From Sedimentisphaerales bacterium (lineage in GTDB: Bacteria > Planctomycetota > Phycisphaerae > Sedimentisphaerales > Anaerobacaceae), in contig OY970194.1 of NCBI GenBank assembly GCA_963708075.1, positions 6,848,001 through 6,912,000 of the forward strand: a DNA stretch of 64,000 nt, in the 5' to 3' direction. Positions 41,163 to 52,028 of the stretch are shown here, in pieces. The translations under genes and the position numbers were made by a program. A model generated the notes under the pieces. The model saw only the letters and a program-made list of their open reading frames with translations. It did no database searches and was not told the DNA's origin. Each line of letters begins with the position of its first letter. Within the stretch, counting starts at the first letter, position 1.

Positions 41163-43277
41163 TCAGCTACCATAACCCATCAGTTCGTCATTAGACAACT
41201 CCTTGTTTGGCACAAGTCGGTAATGCTTTTCCTCTTTGATCTTTATTTCTCCCTCGGATAACTCGAATTCGAACATCGCAACTAACTCTCCGTCTACAAA
41301 CTGCGTGGCAATCGGACGGCACTTTATCGCTGGAAATTTCGATTTGCAGATGGCAAGGTCTTGTTCTATCTGGATGATGCCAATCATATCTTTGGCGCCC
41401 TTGGCCTGGATAGGAAAAACAAACTGTTCGCCACTCTTGCTGATACCGATGTACAGTTCGTCGATTTCACCTCCACCCATACCCGGTACAGAGGTCCTTA
41501 GATGGCTCTGGAGCGAATAGCAGGTCACCCCTGTAAAGATGTCTATGAGTCGATTATACCGTACTATCGCCAAAAGGGCCTGCTCGTCGCTCAGTGCATA
41601 CCGCCGGATCACCTCTGGCGTAGCATCAGGTACCTTGATCGTGGACAATCTGGGATTTGGCCTAATCTGGTGCATTGAGGCTTTTGCAAATACGTACTTT
41701 GACCGCCCCACAGATCGTATCACCCACTCCTGGTCTGCATCAAGAAGCTTCCTCATGCTTTCGGGTAACGCACCTCTATACCGGAAGGTGTAGGGAATAT
41801 CGCCAAGATTGAGCGGGACTTCTATGCCCAACTCGCCAGCAGCGTCAACAAACTCCTGCCGCTCGAAGTATACCTCGGTGGCACCCTCCTTGTAGTGCTT
41901 GAAGAACACATGCTCGATGATCTGGGCATAACGAGTGGGGTTTCTCCCTTCCTTTGTCTTCTTTTTCGCCATCTTCTTCTCCCCTGGCCATTCCAGAACC
42001 AAGACTTCTTCACGTAGTTGTTCACCTGTCGCTGTCGATAAACGTGTTCTAAACAAGTCAAGCGAAAGGACTTCGTACCCGATCTCGTGGGCGATATCGG
42101 CCAGAAGCTCTCCCGTGCGGATTAGGACCTGTAGGAATGATGCTTGGTCACCAACAACGTAGGCCAACTTCGCACCAGGTTTCAGGACCCGTTTCATCTG
42201 CTCGAAATGTCGTTTCATTCCGCCAAAGTACAGTTTTGTGACTCGATGGTATAGGCGTTCAAAGCCAGAGTCCTTGTTAAGATCTATGCGCCGCCTCTCG
42301 ATTTCATCTGCAATCGCGTTTATTCTGCGATTGCCTGAGACGGCCAGGTCATCGTCATCACTACGATAGACATTTCGCGTATTGGAACGGAGCAGGCTCT
42401 CTTTAAGCAAACGCAAATCCTGCTTGGATCTTACGAAACCGAGGAGGACACTCTCAAGGCGTGTCGTACGCGTATAGTCCTTCTCATTCGGGTATGGAGG
42501 CGATGTAATCAGTCCATCGACAGAGCCTGGCGGAAGGTCACTAAGCATTTGCCTTGCATCTCCGAGCACACATTTCGCGTCAACGGAGGTAAGAGCCGCA
42601 AACTCTCTGAGGTCGCCAGCCATTTCATTGATCTTGTTCAACCAACTCTCAAGAACAGGCGCGTCAGTCTTCTTGTTGCTCCCTACGCCCACCTCAGGTC
42701 CAAACTTCAGATTGCTCGCAACAAACACTGAAACGAACGCAAATGCTAGCAACTCAATGTTGCGCAGCGATGGATCGCGCCCTCTCTCTATCGCTTCACG
42801 AAGGATGAGACACTTATGGAGTGGGAGCGGACTGATTGAATCCGTAAGAAGCAGATTCTCCTCTTCGCCGGGCAAGGTCCGTCGTTCACCGTTCCATTCC
42901 TCCATTGCGCGGTGCGCGCGTTGAACGACTGCGCCCGCATGCTGAACAAGTCGCTCAGGCTCGACAGACCAGTTTGTTTTCACCTTTGATGCGAAGCATG
43001 CCATAGGATGAGCTTCAACGCCGTAAGCTCTGATCCCATTCTTCTTCGCCTCTACAAGAGTTGTTCCCGTTCCGCAGAACGGGTCCAGAACCAGATGATC
43101 CCGGGTCAGTCCAAAGCGGGAGAAATAGGTCCGCACAAGATGCGGCGGGTAGGACAAGACAAAACGGTACCAATCGTGGAACGCGCGATCCGCGTCTTTC
43201 AACTTGTTGTGACGCAAGTCTTTAGGTGCTAACAATTCTTCCATGAATCCCAGAGCCGTCTGCATTACAGGGTACAC
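41163..43277 (-). CDS. Type II restriction-modification gene: amino-methyltransferase (SPPY, probably m4C) in frame with a PD-(D/E)xK endonuclease
   Basis: DPFCGTGTT, ITSPPY; C-terminal EIDELYIG..FPIQAK; GC lower than flanks. Confidence 0.82.
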   Translation of the reverse strand: MYPVMQTALGFMEELLAPKDLRHNKLKDADRAFHDWYRFVLSYPPHLVRTYFSRFGLTRDHLVLDPFCGTGTTLVEAKKNGIRAYGVEAHPMACFASKVKTNWSVEPERLVQHAGAVVQRAHRAMEEWNGERRTLPGEEENLLLTDSISPLPLHKCLILREAIERGRDPSLRNIELLAFAFVSVFVASNLKFGPEVGVGSNKKTDAPVLESWLNKINEMAGDLREFAALTSVDAKCVLGDARQMLSDLPPGSVDGLITSPPYPNEKDYTRTTRLESVLLGFVRSKQDLRLLKESLLRSNTRNVYRSDDDDLAVSGNRRINAIADEIERRRIDLNKDSGFERLYHRVTKLYFGGMKRHFEQMKRVLKPGAKLAYVVGDQASFLQVLIRTGELLADIAHEIGYEVLSLDLFRTRLSTATGEQLREEVLVLEWPGEKKMAKKKTKEGRNPTRYAQIIEHVFFKHYKEGATEVYFERQEFVDAAGELGIEVPLNLGDIPYTFRYRGALPESMRKLLDADQEWVIRSVGRSKYVFAKASMHQIRPNPRLSTIKVPDATPEVIRRYALSDEQALLAIVRYNRLIDIFTGVTCYSLQSHLRTSVPGMGGGEIDELYIGISKSGEQFVFPIQAKGAKDMIGIIQIEQDLAICKSKFPAIKCRPIATQFVDGELVAMFEFELSEGEIKIKEEKHYRLVPNKELSNDELMGYGS

Positions 43278-43874
43278 CTATCTGTCCCGAATACAACGAG
43301 ACCGGGTCATTGTAGGGCCGTTGCCCCGCTTCCGCAAGCCGCTTACGGGGAATTCCACGCTGACCTCGATTAGTCTCAAGGTGAGGGTCTGGAGCCTTGG
43401 GGCAGGGGAATCAGTGTCCGTGGCTTGGTCTTTTTCCGGTTGTTGGCATGTCAGGCGAGGGTATAATGGCTCATGGCTGGGAGAAATCAGCCGGGGGGGA
43501 AACGGGGTCAGGTCCTGCAATGTGGAATTATTAGGAAGATGTGGTGTGCGGTGCACGCCCTACAGGATTGTGTCTCTCGCGAAGGCGCGAAGGGCAGAGA
43601 GGGTTTCGGGTTGTTAGTTGTTGGTTGCCCATAGGGGAGGTGGGGATATAATGGCTTTGGCTGGGGGCATCAGCAGGCAGAAATCTGCGGCGCCGGGCGA
43701 ATGTGAGGGCGCCTACTGGTGAAGGGCCGAATAATGAGCACGTGTCAGGAGTTGCGGGCCGGTGCAGACGAGGGGACTGGATAGAGGAATTGCATGGACG
43801 AGCTAGGGAAGGTGGAACAACCGGAGGGGCGGGACACGCCGAGCCAAGCTGAGCCGGTGGGCGGCCAGATCCTA

Positions 43875-44049
43875 GGAGGACCGGGGGTCGCACCTGCGCA
43901 CCTACACATTTCACTTTCCGCAAATCTCCGCGTCCTCTTCGGTTCTCACCACAACTGTCCGGCCCGTGGGGGCTGGCTACCAACTTCTCGCAGCTTCATC
44001 AGAGGTGCACAACTGACGGTATTATGGCAGACGCGGGCGGAGGCCGCAA
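43875..44049 (-). ncRNA. Promoter + conserved structured leader + end motif, copy D
   Basis: TTGCGG-N17-CATAAT, conserved core, ends GTGAAATGTGTAGGTGCG(CAGGTGCG)ACCCCCGGTCCTCC. Confidence 0.65.
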
Positions 44050-44059
44050 GCCGAAAGTG

Positions 44060-44700
44060 ATAGGCGATACGTGATAAGTGGCAAGTGTGAAGCGGGAAGC
44101 CGGGGGGGGCGGGAGGCCCGGATTTCGGATTGCGGAATGACCAGCAGGTGTCGGGGGTCAGGGGCCGGGGTTCAGCAGGGCAATCATTTCTGACCCCTGA
44201 TCCCTAATCAGTGTTCATCCGGGTTCATCAGCGGTTTTCATTTTCTCCGTGGCCTCCGTGCCTCCGTGGTGAGAGACTCTGGATTCCCGCCTCCGCGAGA
44301 ATGACATGGAATCCGCGTGGATTGAGAATCCACCCTACACACTACTCTCTGCGTCCCTGCGTCTCCGCGTGAGTTGATCTTTTTTCGCGTAGTTCGCGTC
44401 CCCCGATCGGGTCGAGGGCAAGCCTTCGCGGTCGAGAATACGCGTGGGTTAAGAACCCACCCTACTACTTCGTGGTCTTCGGGCCCTTCGTGGTGGAGAG
44501 CCTGGATTCCTGCCCTCGCGGGAATGGTATGGAATCCGCGTGGGTTGAGAACCCACCCTACATACTGAAAACAGCCGGAATGGTCGTGCGGGGACGCATG
44601 ACCCCCGATCAGGTCGGGGGCAGGCTCTACGAAGAGGCTTATGGATGGCCACCGTATTCCGGCCGTGACTCCCGGTGCGCGGAGGGCGATTGTGCGAAAC
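44060..44700. repeat. Composite intergenic repeat tract (REP-like units, GGATTCCCGC...GGAATGAC palindromes, heptamer runs)
   Basis: Three CGCGTGGRTTRAGAAYCCACCCTAC units plus other units shared with 39520-39866, 47700-48190, 51724-52020 and 55310-55830. Confidence 0.75.
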
Positions 44701-44756
44701 GAAACCAGTCGGCGGGCTTGGCTCAGGACACAACGGGTCAGGATTGGCGTTCCGGA

Positions 44757-46304
44757 TCAGGCCTGAGCGGGTTTCAGCGTCTCCTCGTGGGTGCGGGGGG
44801 AGTGTACGACGTTGATGCCGTACATCTGGCAGAAGGCCTCAACGTCGCGCCGGTGATTGCCGTAGAAGACGACCTGGTGAAATCCCAGGACGTCCCGGCA
44901 ATCCTCAATGCCGTCCATCTGGATCTCGACACTCGTTCGGCAGCCGCCGGCCGGAGGCGTGTTCACGTTGCCGACCACGGTGCCTGTGTCGAGATAGAGT
45001 GCGTCGGGCGTGAAGAATTGCACGAGCGTCACCGGCCGGCCGACCGGCCAGAGGACCTGCGGCGAGACGCCCAGGCTCGATTCGGAGTGGCTGCGGAGAA
45101 TGTACGGGGCGTGCTCTTTTTGGCGATCCAGGCCGTAGATCCGCGTGCCGCTGACGCAGTGCGCCGCGATCAGCACGTTCTTGACGGTCTCGGGCACCGG
45201 ATCATTCATGAATCCGGGCTTGTCGAACAGATAGCTCGTCAGCATGAGCGAGACCGCCGGGGCAACCGCCGCTTCGCAGCCGTAGGTCACCCCCGCATCC
45301 TGGAAGATCGACGCGCCCATGCACGGCGGGGTCGGCACTTTCTTCTGCGTGACCATGCCCAGACAGTCGGTTGTCAGTGCGTTGCAGCTTTCGTTCTTGA
45401 GCAGTTGCTTGGCGGCAATGTACGACCGTGCGGCGTTGAGGCCGTCCTGTTTCGTCGGCTCCACCACCTTCTCGGCCTCGCGGAATCGCTGATGCGCGAC
45501 CCACTTGGCTTCCTCGCTGACCGGCGTCTGGCTGAACATCTCCTCGAAGGTCGCCCGGGGGACATGCTGGAGGCTCACGAGACCGAATTTGTCTTCCTGA
45601 CGCTCGTTGCCGCTTAGAACGAGCATTCTGGTTGCTTCGAGCTGCCGTTTGGCGCGGATCATGCGCAGGGCCTGCTCGATGGCCGGCGTTTCCAGTGATG
45701 AGATGACGTGGACGCCTCTTTGGAAGGCGAGGCTGTTCACGTGTCCCGTGAAGGCGGTGCCGACGGGAGCAAAGACGATCGTGGGCACGCCGGCCTTGGC
45801 AATCTCGCTCGCCATGCCCCAGTACGCGAAATGCTGGAGGGTGACCAGGACGGCGTCGGGTTTCTCGGCCTGCACTTTCTGGACGAACGAGGCGACGGCC
45901 GCATTCTCTTCGAGGGGCTGCGCCTCTTGGATGATTTCGACGCCCACTCGCTGGGCGGCATCGGCGGTTGCCTTGGCGTACCTTGCCCGCTCGCCCTCGA
46001 CATCGTACGACGTACCCGGCCAGCCGAGCCAATAAGGCGGCTTCTGGCGTGCGACCACGCTCATCACCCGGACCTTCGGTCGCGGCCGGAACGAGGCCAG
46101 ACTGATCTCCTCGTTCGATTTGGGCGCGGTGTGGAGTGAACGGGCGAAAGATGTTTCGCCCCTACCGGCACACCCTGTCGCCAGCGCCGCTGTGCAAGCC
46201 GCGGCTGTGCCCAGGAACGCTCGCCGGGACATCGCGCAGCAACTGCATGGATGATTGTGGATAATGGGTCTTTCGCTTGATGTGGGCCGATTCCTTGGCG
46301 ACAT
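44757..46304 (-). CDS. Tat-exported protein, possibly L-fucose/L-arabinose isomerase-like fold
   Basis: SRRAFLG twin-arginine motif; DCL..PC, GCEA, AHC, CRT and GFHQVVFYGNH pattern. Confidence 0.6.
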   Translation of the reverse strand: MSPRNRPTSSERPIIHNHPCSCCAMSRRAFLGTAAACTAALATGCAGRGETSFARSLHTAPKSNEEISLASFRPRPKVRVMSVVARQKPPYWLGWPGTSYDVEGERARYAKATADAAQRVGVEIIQEAQPLEENAAVASFVQKVQAEKPDAVLVTLQHFAYWGMASEIAKAGVPTIVFAPVGTAFTGHVNSLAFQRGVHVISSLETPAIEQALRMIRAKRQLEATRMLVLSGNERQEDKFGLVSLQHVPRATFEEMFSQTPVSEEAKWVAHQRFREAEKVVEPTKQDGLNAARSYIAAKQLLKNESCNALTTDCLGMVTQKKVPTPPCMGASIFQDAGVTYGCEAAVAPAVSLMLTSYLFDKPGFMNDPVPETVKNVLIAAHCVSGTRIYGLDRQKEHAPYILRSHSESSLGVSPQVLWPVGRPVTLVQFFTPDALYLDTGTVVGNVNTPPAGGCRTSVEIQMDGIEDCRDVLGFHQVVFYGNHRRDVEAFCQMYGINVVHSPRTHEETLKPAQA

Positions 46305-46615
46305 AGTTTTTCTCCTTAATGGTCTCCGGGACAGGACAGACTCTACACGGGGGTCGTGGCGCTTTCAAGCCCAAAAGCCCGGTGAGCTGTAGGGGTTTCT
46401 GTGCCTGCCGTGGCGGGTGCCGGCGTCACAATCACGGGCTCGCCCGGAACCATCCCGTGAGCCAATGTCGAATGTACAGACATTGGGCGGAGAAAAGGCG
46501 GGGTGTGCTTTGAATATACACTGTCCGAAGGGCGAGACGATCAGGCCTTTAGATTGCTCGGACGGTGTGCCCGATTCGGGGGCGGAATCGCAGATATGGA
46601 GGTTCTCTGCGTATC

Positions 46616-46813
46616 TCAGGTGCGCGGCTCGCCTTCCTGGACCGCATCCTTCAACTGGTCCCTGAGGTCCGGCGTGTCATCATAACCGTGAACCTTCACC
46701 ATGTGCTCCGCCGCGGTCTCGATGACTTCCTCGTCGGTGTCGGCCGAAATGGCTATGGTGCATTTCTGGGATGGATCCGGGTGCTCTCTACAATCGATGT
46801 ACTTTCTGGTCAT
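46616..46813 (-). CDS. DUF1059 family small protein
   Basis: RBS AGGAGG; RKYIDCRE..C.IAISAD..E...A.EH...HG. Confidence 0.8.
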   Translation of the reverse strand: MTRKYIDCREHPDPSQKCTIAISADTDEEVIETAAEHMVKVHGYDDTPDLRDQLKDAVQEGEPRT

Positions 46814-46927
46814 AGTAACCTCCTTTTTCGCACAGTACTATCACTTCCGGCGGGACCGTTGGAACTGGGGAAAACCTGATATCACATGCTCCAAACCCCG
46901 AGAGGGGGATGCTCCGGCATCGCTCGC

Positions 46928-47404
46928 TCAGGCGGGGGGCCGGGCGATGGGGCCGATGGTGGCGCCGGTGGCACGGATGTAGTCCTGCGGAGCGAGCAGG
47001 ATTTGCGTGCCGCGGATGCCGGCGGAAACGGAAATGATGTCGTAGAGTTGGGCGGTTTCATCGAGGTAAACAGGGTAGTCCTTTTTGCCCGCCAGGGCCG
47101 TCACGCCGCCGCGGATGTAGCCGGTCAGCGCCTGCAACTGGCTGACGGGCGTCAACTCGACCCGGCGATTGCCGGAGAGCCGGGCCAGGGCCTTCAGGTC
47201 CACCTCCGCATCGCCCGGCACGACCGCCATGAGGATGCCGTGCACATCGCCCCTGGCCACCAGGGTCTTGAAGACCTGGTCCGGCGGCAGACCGACCTGG
47301 CCGGCGACTTTGATTGCGCTGAGATCGTCCGGGTCCACCTCGTACTCCCGCAGCTCGTAGTGGATGCCCAGCTTGTCAAGTTGTCGTGTCGCGTTGGTCT
47401 TCAT
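46928..47404 (-). CDS. ybaK: Cys-tRNA(Pro) deacylase
   Basis: KTNA.R.L, QVFKTLV, TGYIRGGVT, VSAGIRG. Confidence 0.92.
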   Translation of the reverse strand: MKTNATRQLDKLGIHYELREYEVDPDDLSAIKVAGQVGLPPDQVFKTLVARGDVHGILMAVVPGDAEVDLKALARLSGNRRVELTPVSQLQALTGYIRGGVTALAGKKDYPVYLDETAQLYDIISVSAGIRGTQILLAPQDYIRATGATIGPIARPPA

Positions 47405-47414
47405 CTCGAAGGAA

Positions 47415-47489
47415 TCGGGGTGACTGGACTTGAACCAGCGACCTTGTGGTCCCAAACCACACGCTCTAGCCAAACTGAGCTACACCCCG
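47415..47489 (-). tRNA. tRNA-Pro(TGG), CCA not encoded
   Basis: CGGGGTG/CACCCCG acceptor stem, TGTGG-TTTGGGA-CCACA anticodon arm, GGTTCAAGTCC T-loop. Confidence 0.95.
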
Positions 47490-48195
47490 TGAATCTTACC
47501 CCAGAGATTATACCCGCCCCCCGGCCCCGACGCAACACGCCAATTGCCGCCGCCCCCCAAAATTCCGCCGCCCGCACGTGGCAAGGATGCGGCCGCCATT
47601 CGGTGGCGGATTCGGGGCTCCGCGTAGGACGAGCGTCCTCGCTCGTCCTCTTTCGGCTGTGGCCTTGTACAGGATCCAGTCCGTTGCAAGGGCCCGGACT
47701 GGTCGTGCGGGGACGCACGGCCTACGAAGAGGCTCGCCGACTGCCACCGTATTCCGACCACACCCCGTGGCAAGGGCGTCCGGCCCTTGTCTGCAACGGC
47801 AAGAGGGGCGCCGCCGGAGCTTGCCAAGCATAGAGGCCACTCCGCCGCCGGGAAGAGCTCTGCGCGGCCTCCGACCGCAACCAAATCAACTCGCGCAGAG
47901 ACGCCGAGGCGCAGAGATAATGCAACCGCCGATAAACGCGGATGCCGACCCTGTCATTCCTGCGGAAGCAGGAATCCATCTTCTGGGAACTGACAACCCA
48001 CAACTGACAACTGACCATTCTGCCACAGAGGACACGGAGCCCGCAGAGGAAGACTCCAAGAACCGGCAACTGACAACTGTCCTCAATCCGCAATCCCCAG
48101 TCCCTTACTGCCTCCGACTTCTCACTTCGAACATCAAACTTCACACTTGACACTTCCTCCCAATCATAAATCATAAATCATAAATCCCAACGCTC

Positions 48196-48408
48196 TTGCC
48201 TTCTCCGCCTGCCTTCGCCATAATACCGGTAGTTTTGCACCTCTGAGAAAGCTGCGACAAGTTGGTTGGCGGTCCCCATGGGCCGGACTGATGTGGTGAG
48301 GCCGATATGAGTGGGACGGCCATAACGGCGTCAAGGCCGAGGGATAAATGAGACTGAGGAAGGCGGAAATAGGTGACTGTCCCTAGATTCCACCTCTAGA
48401 TTCCACCT
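48196..48408 (+). ncRNA. Promoter + conserved structured leader + end motif, copy C (no cargo gene follows)
   Basis: TTGCCT-N17-CATAAT, conserved core, then AAATAGGTGACTGTCCCTAG and duplicated CTAGATTCCACCT. Confidence 0.6.
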
Positions 48409-48448
48409 CCGTTCTTCCTCATGCTTCGACCAGCACCCGGAATTTGCC

Positions 48449-49822
48449 TCAGCCCTCGGCGACTGCCAGCTTCGCGTCGGGAATCGCTGAAGCGTCGATG
48501 TCCCCATTCCACAGGTACCTGCGCGTTTCGAGGACCACGACGCCCGACAGCGCGAACAGAGAAATAACGTTCGGAATGACCATCAGGGCATTGGCGATGT
48601 CGGCGAACGACCATACCGCTCGCAGCGTCGACAGCGAGCCGACCATCACGGCCGCCACCCAGAGCAATCGATAGGGTTTTACGACGCGCGAACCCAACAG
48701 GTATTCCGCTGCCTTCTCGCCATAGTACGACCACCCGAGGATCGTTGAAAAGACGAAGGTGAGGAGGCTCACGCTCAAGACGATGGGCCCGACAAACGAC
48801 ATGCCTTCGAACGCCACCTTTGTCAGCGCGGCCCCGTTATGCCCCTGTATCCACTGGCCGGAATTGACGATCACCAGGCCCGTCAGGGCGCAGACAACGA
48901 CCGTATCCCAGAACGTGCCGGTCGAGGACACGAGGGCCTGCCTCACCGGATTCTTCGTCTGGGCGGCGGCGGCGACGATCGGCGCGCTGCCGAGCCCCGA
49001 CTCGTTGCTGAAGAGCCCCCGGGCGATCCCGTACCGCGCCGCCTCCCTGACCGTTGTCCCGAGAAATCCTCCGACGGCCGCCTGTCCCGTGAAGGCCCCT
49101 GAGACGATCAGGCGGATGGTCTCGGGAATCGTTTCGTAGCGCATAGCCAGTAGAATGATCGAACCGATGACGAAGAAGATGGCCATGAATGGCACGAGCC
49201 ATTCGCACCAGGCGGCGATGGATTTGATGCCGCCGAGAATGACCAGGGCGGTGAGCGCCGTGATAACGATCCCTGTGATCCACTGCGGCACGCCGAAGGT
49301 CTCGCGGACCATGGCGGCCACCGAGTTCGCCTGCACCATGTTCCCGATGCCGAAGGCGGCGATCGTCGTGAGCCCCGCGAAGACGAGTCCGAGCCAGCGG
49401 CAGTGCATCCCGCGTTCGAGCACGTACATCGGGCCGCCCGCCATGGCTCCCGATTTCGTCGTGATGCGGTACTTGACCGACAGCACCGCTTCCGCGTACT
49501 TGGTCGCGATCCCGAAGACGCCCGTAAGCCAGAGCCAGAGGACCGCGCCCGGCCCGCCCGATGCTACGGCCGTGGCGACGCCGACGATATTGCCGGTGCC
49601 GATCGTCGCCGCCAGCGCCGTCGTCAGGGCGCCGAACTGACTGATGTCGCCCTGGCCCTCCTGCGAACGCTTCACGGACAGCCGGATCGCTTTGCCCACA
49701 TACCTCTGAATGAAACGCAGCCGAATCGTGAGGAAGATATGAGTCCCGAACAGGAGGATGAGCATGGGGGGACCCCACACGAGATCGCTTAACCACGCGA
49801 GTAACTTATCAACGGCCTCCAT
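48449..49822 (-). CDS. Alanine/glycine:cation symporter (AGCS)
   Basis: IGTGNIVGVA, GGPGAVLW, GGPMY, RGLFSNESGLGS motifs. Confidence 0.95.
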   Translation of the reverse strand: MEAVDKLLAWLSDLVWGPPMLILLFGTHIFLTIRLRFIQRYVGKAIRLSVKRSQEGQGDISQFGALTTALAATIGTGNIVGVATAVASGGPGAVLWLWLTGVFGIATKYAEAVLSVKYRITTKSGAMAGGPMYVLERGMHCRWLGLVFAGLTTIAAFGIGNMVQANSVAAMVRETFGVPQWITGIVITALTALVILGGIKSIAAWCEWLVPFMAIFFVIGSIILLAMRYETIPETIRLIVSGAFTGQAAVGGFLGTTVREAARYGIARGLFSNESGLGSAPIVAAAAQTKNPVRQALVSSTGTFWDTVVVCALTGLVIVNSGQWIQGHNGAALTKVAFEGMSFVGPIVLSVSLLTFVFSTILGWSYYGEKAAEYLLGSRVVKPYRLLWVAAVMVGSLSTLRAVWSFADIANALMVIPNVISLFALSGVVVLETRRYLWNGDIDASAIPDAKLAVAEG

Positions 49823-50150
49823 GCCTTGGCTCCTTTGCCGAGATTCCAAATGACAGAACGAATGAGAAGATTCTATCAAAGGCAAGCCATCGGTCAATGA
49901 TCTGCATCAATGGGCTAAGGTGCCGCATCATGCGGCGTTCCGTCATCGCCCGGCCCCGCCGTGCCCCCAACCGGCAACTGCCAACGGATTATCAACCGCG
50001 GATAAACGCAGGTGAACGCCGATTTTCAACCTGTAATTGCCTTTTCATTCCGCATTCATCATCGCCTCCGACTTCCCACTTCACACTTCAAACCACTTAT
50101 CACCTATCACTTCTCACTTGCGGGCCCCGCCTGACAGGCACACACGCTGC

Positions 50151-51593
50151 TCAAGTATACGCAGCGCCGATCCGATCGCCGGTTCTTCTCACCCAGTCCT
50201 TCAGAAGTCGCCTGTGCCTGTCCAGGACGTTCTCCATCCCCGGGGCTTCGGCAAGATTCTTCATCTCACCCGGGTCGTCCTTCAGATCCACAAGCCACTC
50301 ACGCCGTTCACCGGAATCATAGATGCTGTACTTGAACCGATCCGTCCGCAGCATCCTGCCGTTCTGGCTCTCCGAGACGACGAAATCACGCCATCCCTCC
50401 ACGGGCCTGTTTTGCGTCAGCGGTCGCAGACTCCTGCCGGGGAGTCCCGCAGGCGTCTCTATCCCCGCGAAGTCACACAGGGTGGGAAGCAGGTCGAGAC
50501 CGTTGGAAACCAGGTGCAGGTCGTCAACCACTCCCCTGGGGATCCCGCCGCCGAGACTCATTACGAATGGAACCCGCACGGCTTCTTCATAGAGCACCGA
50601 CTTGTGCTCCAGCCTGTGTGATGCGTCCATATCGCCGTGATCGCTGGTGAAGACGATGAGGGTATTGTCTTCGAGGCCCGCCTCCCGGACGGCGTCGAGG
50701 AGTATCCCGATCTGCTCGTCCACCATCTCGGTCAACCGGCAGTAGGCCCAGCGGTGTAATCGCCACTGGTCTTCGCTCCAGTTCGCACGGACATGCGCTC
50801 GAAACGCGCTCGCATCGACGTACTTGTGCGTTATGCATCCCGGCTCATCCTCCGGGATCCCGTAGTTTGACGGCAGCGGCGGACAGTTGTTCCGCACGAA
50901 ATCGGCCAGGTCTCCAGCTCCCCTCACCCGATCCAGCACGGCCTCACAGGTCTTGGAACCCACAGTGCCGGCTGGGGGCTGTCCATTGGCACGCGAGTGG
51001 GCGTTGATCGCCATGTAACAGATATCGTGCGGATTCATGAACGACGCGAAGAGCAGGAACGGGCTCGCATGGGGACTCTTGATGAATTTCGCACAGGCAT
51101 CCGCCAATCCCTGGCGCGAATCGTTGGTGAGATTCCGATATCCGATATTCTGCAGGTTCTCCATCCTGGCCGGCAGGTGCACCTTGCCGCCATACACGGT
51201 CTCGTAGCCCGCCTTCCGGAAGAGGGAGCCAAGCGATTGCTGCACCATGATCTCGGTCACGGCGGCCCGTTCTATGTCGCCGTTATGGCTCATTCCGATG
51301 GCACTGGGCATGAGCCCCGTCTGCAGGCTGAACCGGCTTGGCACGCAGACCGGGTTAGAGGCATAGGTCTTTTCGAATCGGATGCCTGAGGCGGCGAGCC
51401 TGTCCATGGCAGGGGTTTTAAGCCACTTGTTGCCCGTGCAGCTCATCATGCCGGCGTGTTGCTGGTCGGTCATGATGAACAGGATGTTGGGCCGGCGTTG
51501 TCCCGGTTGGCCGTGCGCGGTCATCGGGGTCCGCGCGAACGTCAGCCCACCGGCCGCCGTCATCGCCGCGGCAATAAACTCTCGTCTCCTCAT
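50151..51593 (-). CDS. Sulfatase with Tat-like signal
   Basis: RRREF, PNILFIMTDQ, CVPSR..LQTG, GKVH, SDHGD. Confidence 0.93.
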   Translation of the reverse strand: MRRREFIAAAMTAAGGLTFARTPMTAHGQPGQRRPNILFIMTDQQHAGMMSCTGNKWLKTPAMDRLAASGIRFEKTYASNPVCVPSRFSLQTGLMPSAIGMSHNGDIERAAVTEIMVQQSLGSLFRKAGYETVYGGKVHLPARMENLQNIGYRNLTNDSRQGLADACAKFIKSPHASPFLLFASFMNPHDICYMAINAHSRANGQPPAGTVGSKTCEAVLDRVRGAGDLADFVRNNCPPLPSNYGIPEDEPGCITHKYVDASAFRAHVRANWSEDQWRLHRWAYCRLTEMVDEQIGILLDAVREAGLEDNTLIVFTSDHGDMDASHRLEHKSVLYEEAVRVPFVMSLGGGIPRGVVDDLHLVSNGLDLLPTLCDFAGIETPAGLPGRSLRPLTQNRPVEGWRDFVVSESQNGRMLRTDRFKYSIYDSGERREWLVDLKDDPGEMKNLAEAPGMENVLDRHRRLLKDWVRRTGDRIGAAYT

Positions 51594-52028
51594 AAGTCGT
51601 GATCCTCCTGGCCTGCGACAATCAAAACCACCTGCTCCAACGGTTCTCTGTTCAGTAGTGATCCTACCAGCGATTTGGCTCACAATCAAGGCCGGCCATT
51701 CTCCCAATGCCCGGAACCTCACGCCGCCCCCTGATCCCTCTGTCCACCGTCAACTGACAACTGAGAACTGACAACAACTGATCATCTCGCGCAGAGACGC
51801 CGAGGCGCAGAGGATAGTACGTAGGGTGGATTCTCAACCCACGCGGATTCTGATTGTTCGCCACGGAGAGCACCGAGAACACGGAGAACAGAGCATCAAA
51901 GGCGATGGGGGAGGAACGTAGGAAGGGAAGAAGGTAAGGACTGCCCAATCCGCATTCCGCAATCACACGGCCCCGCCGTGCCTTCTCATTCCGCATTCCG
52001 CAATCCGCACTCCGCAATCGGAAGCCTC

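Noticed and set aside
47415..47489. tRNA-Pro as an integration site for the neighbouring islands
   Set aside because: No duplicated tRNA 3' end and no integrase seen in the window.
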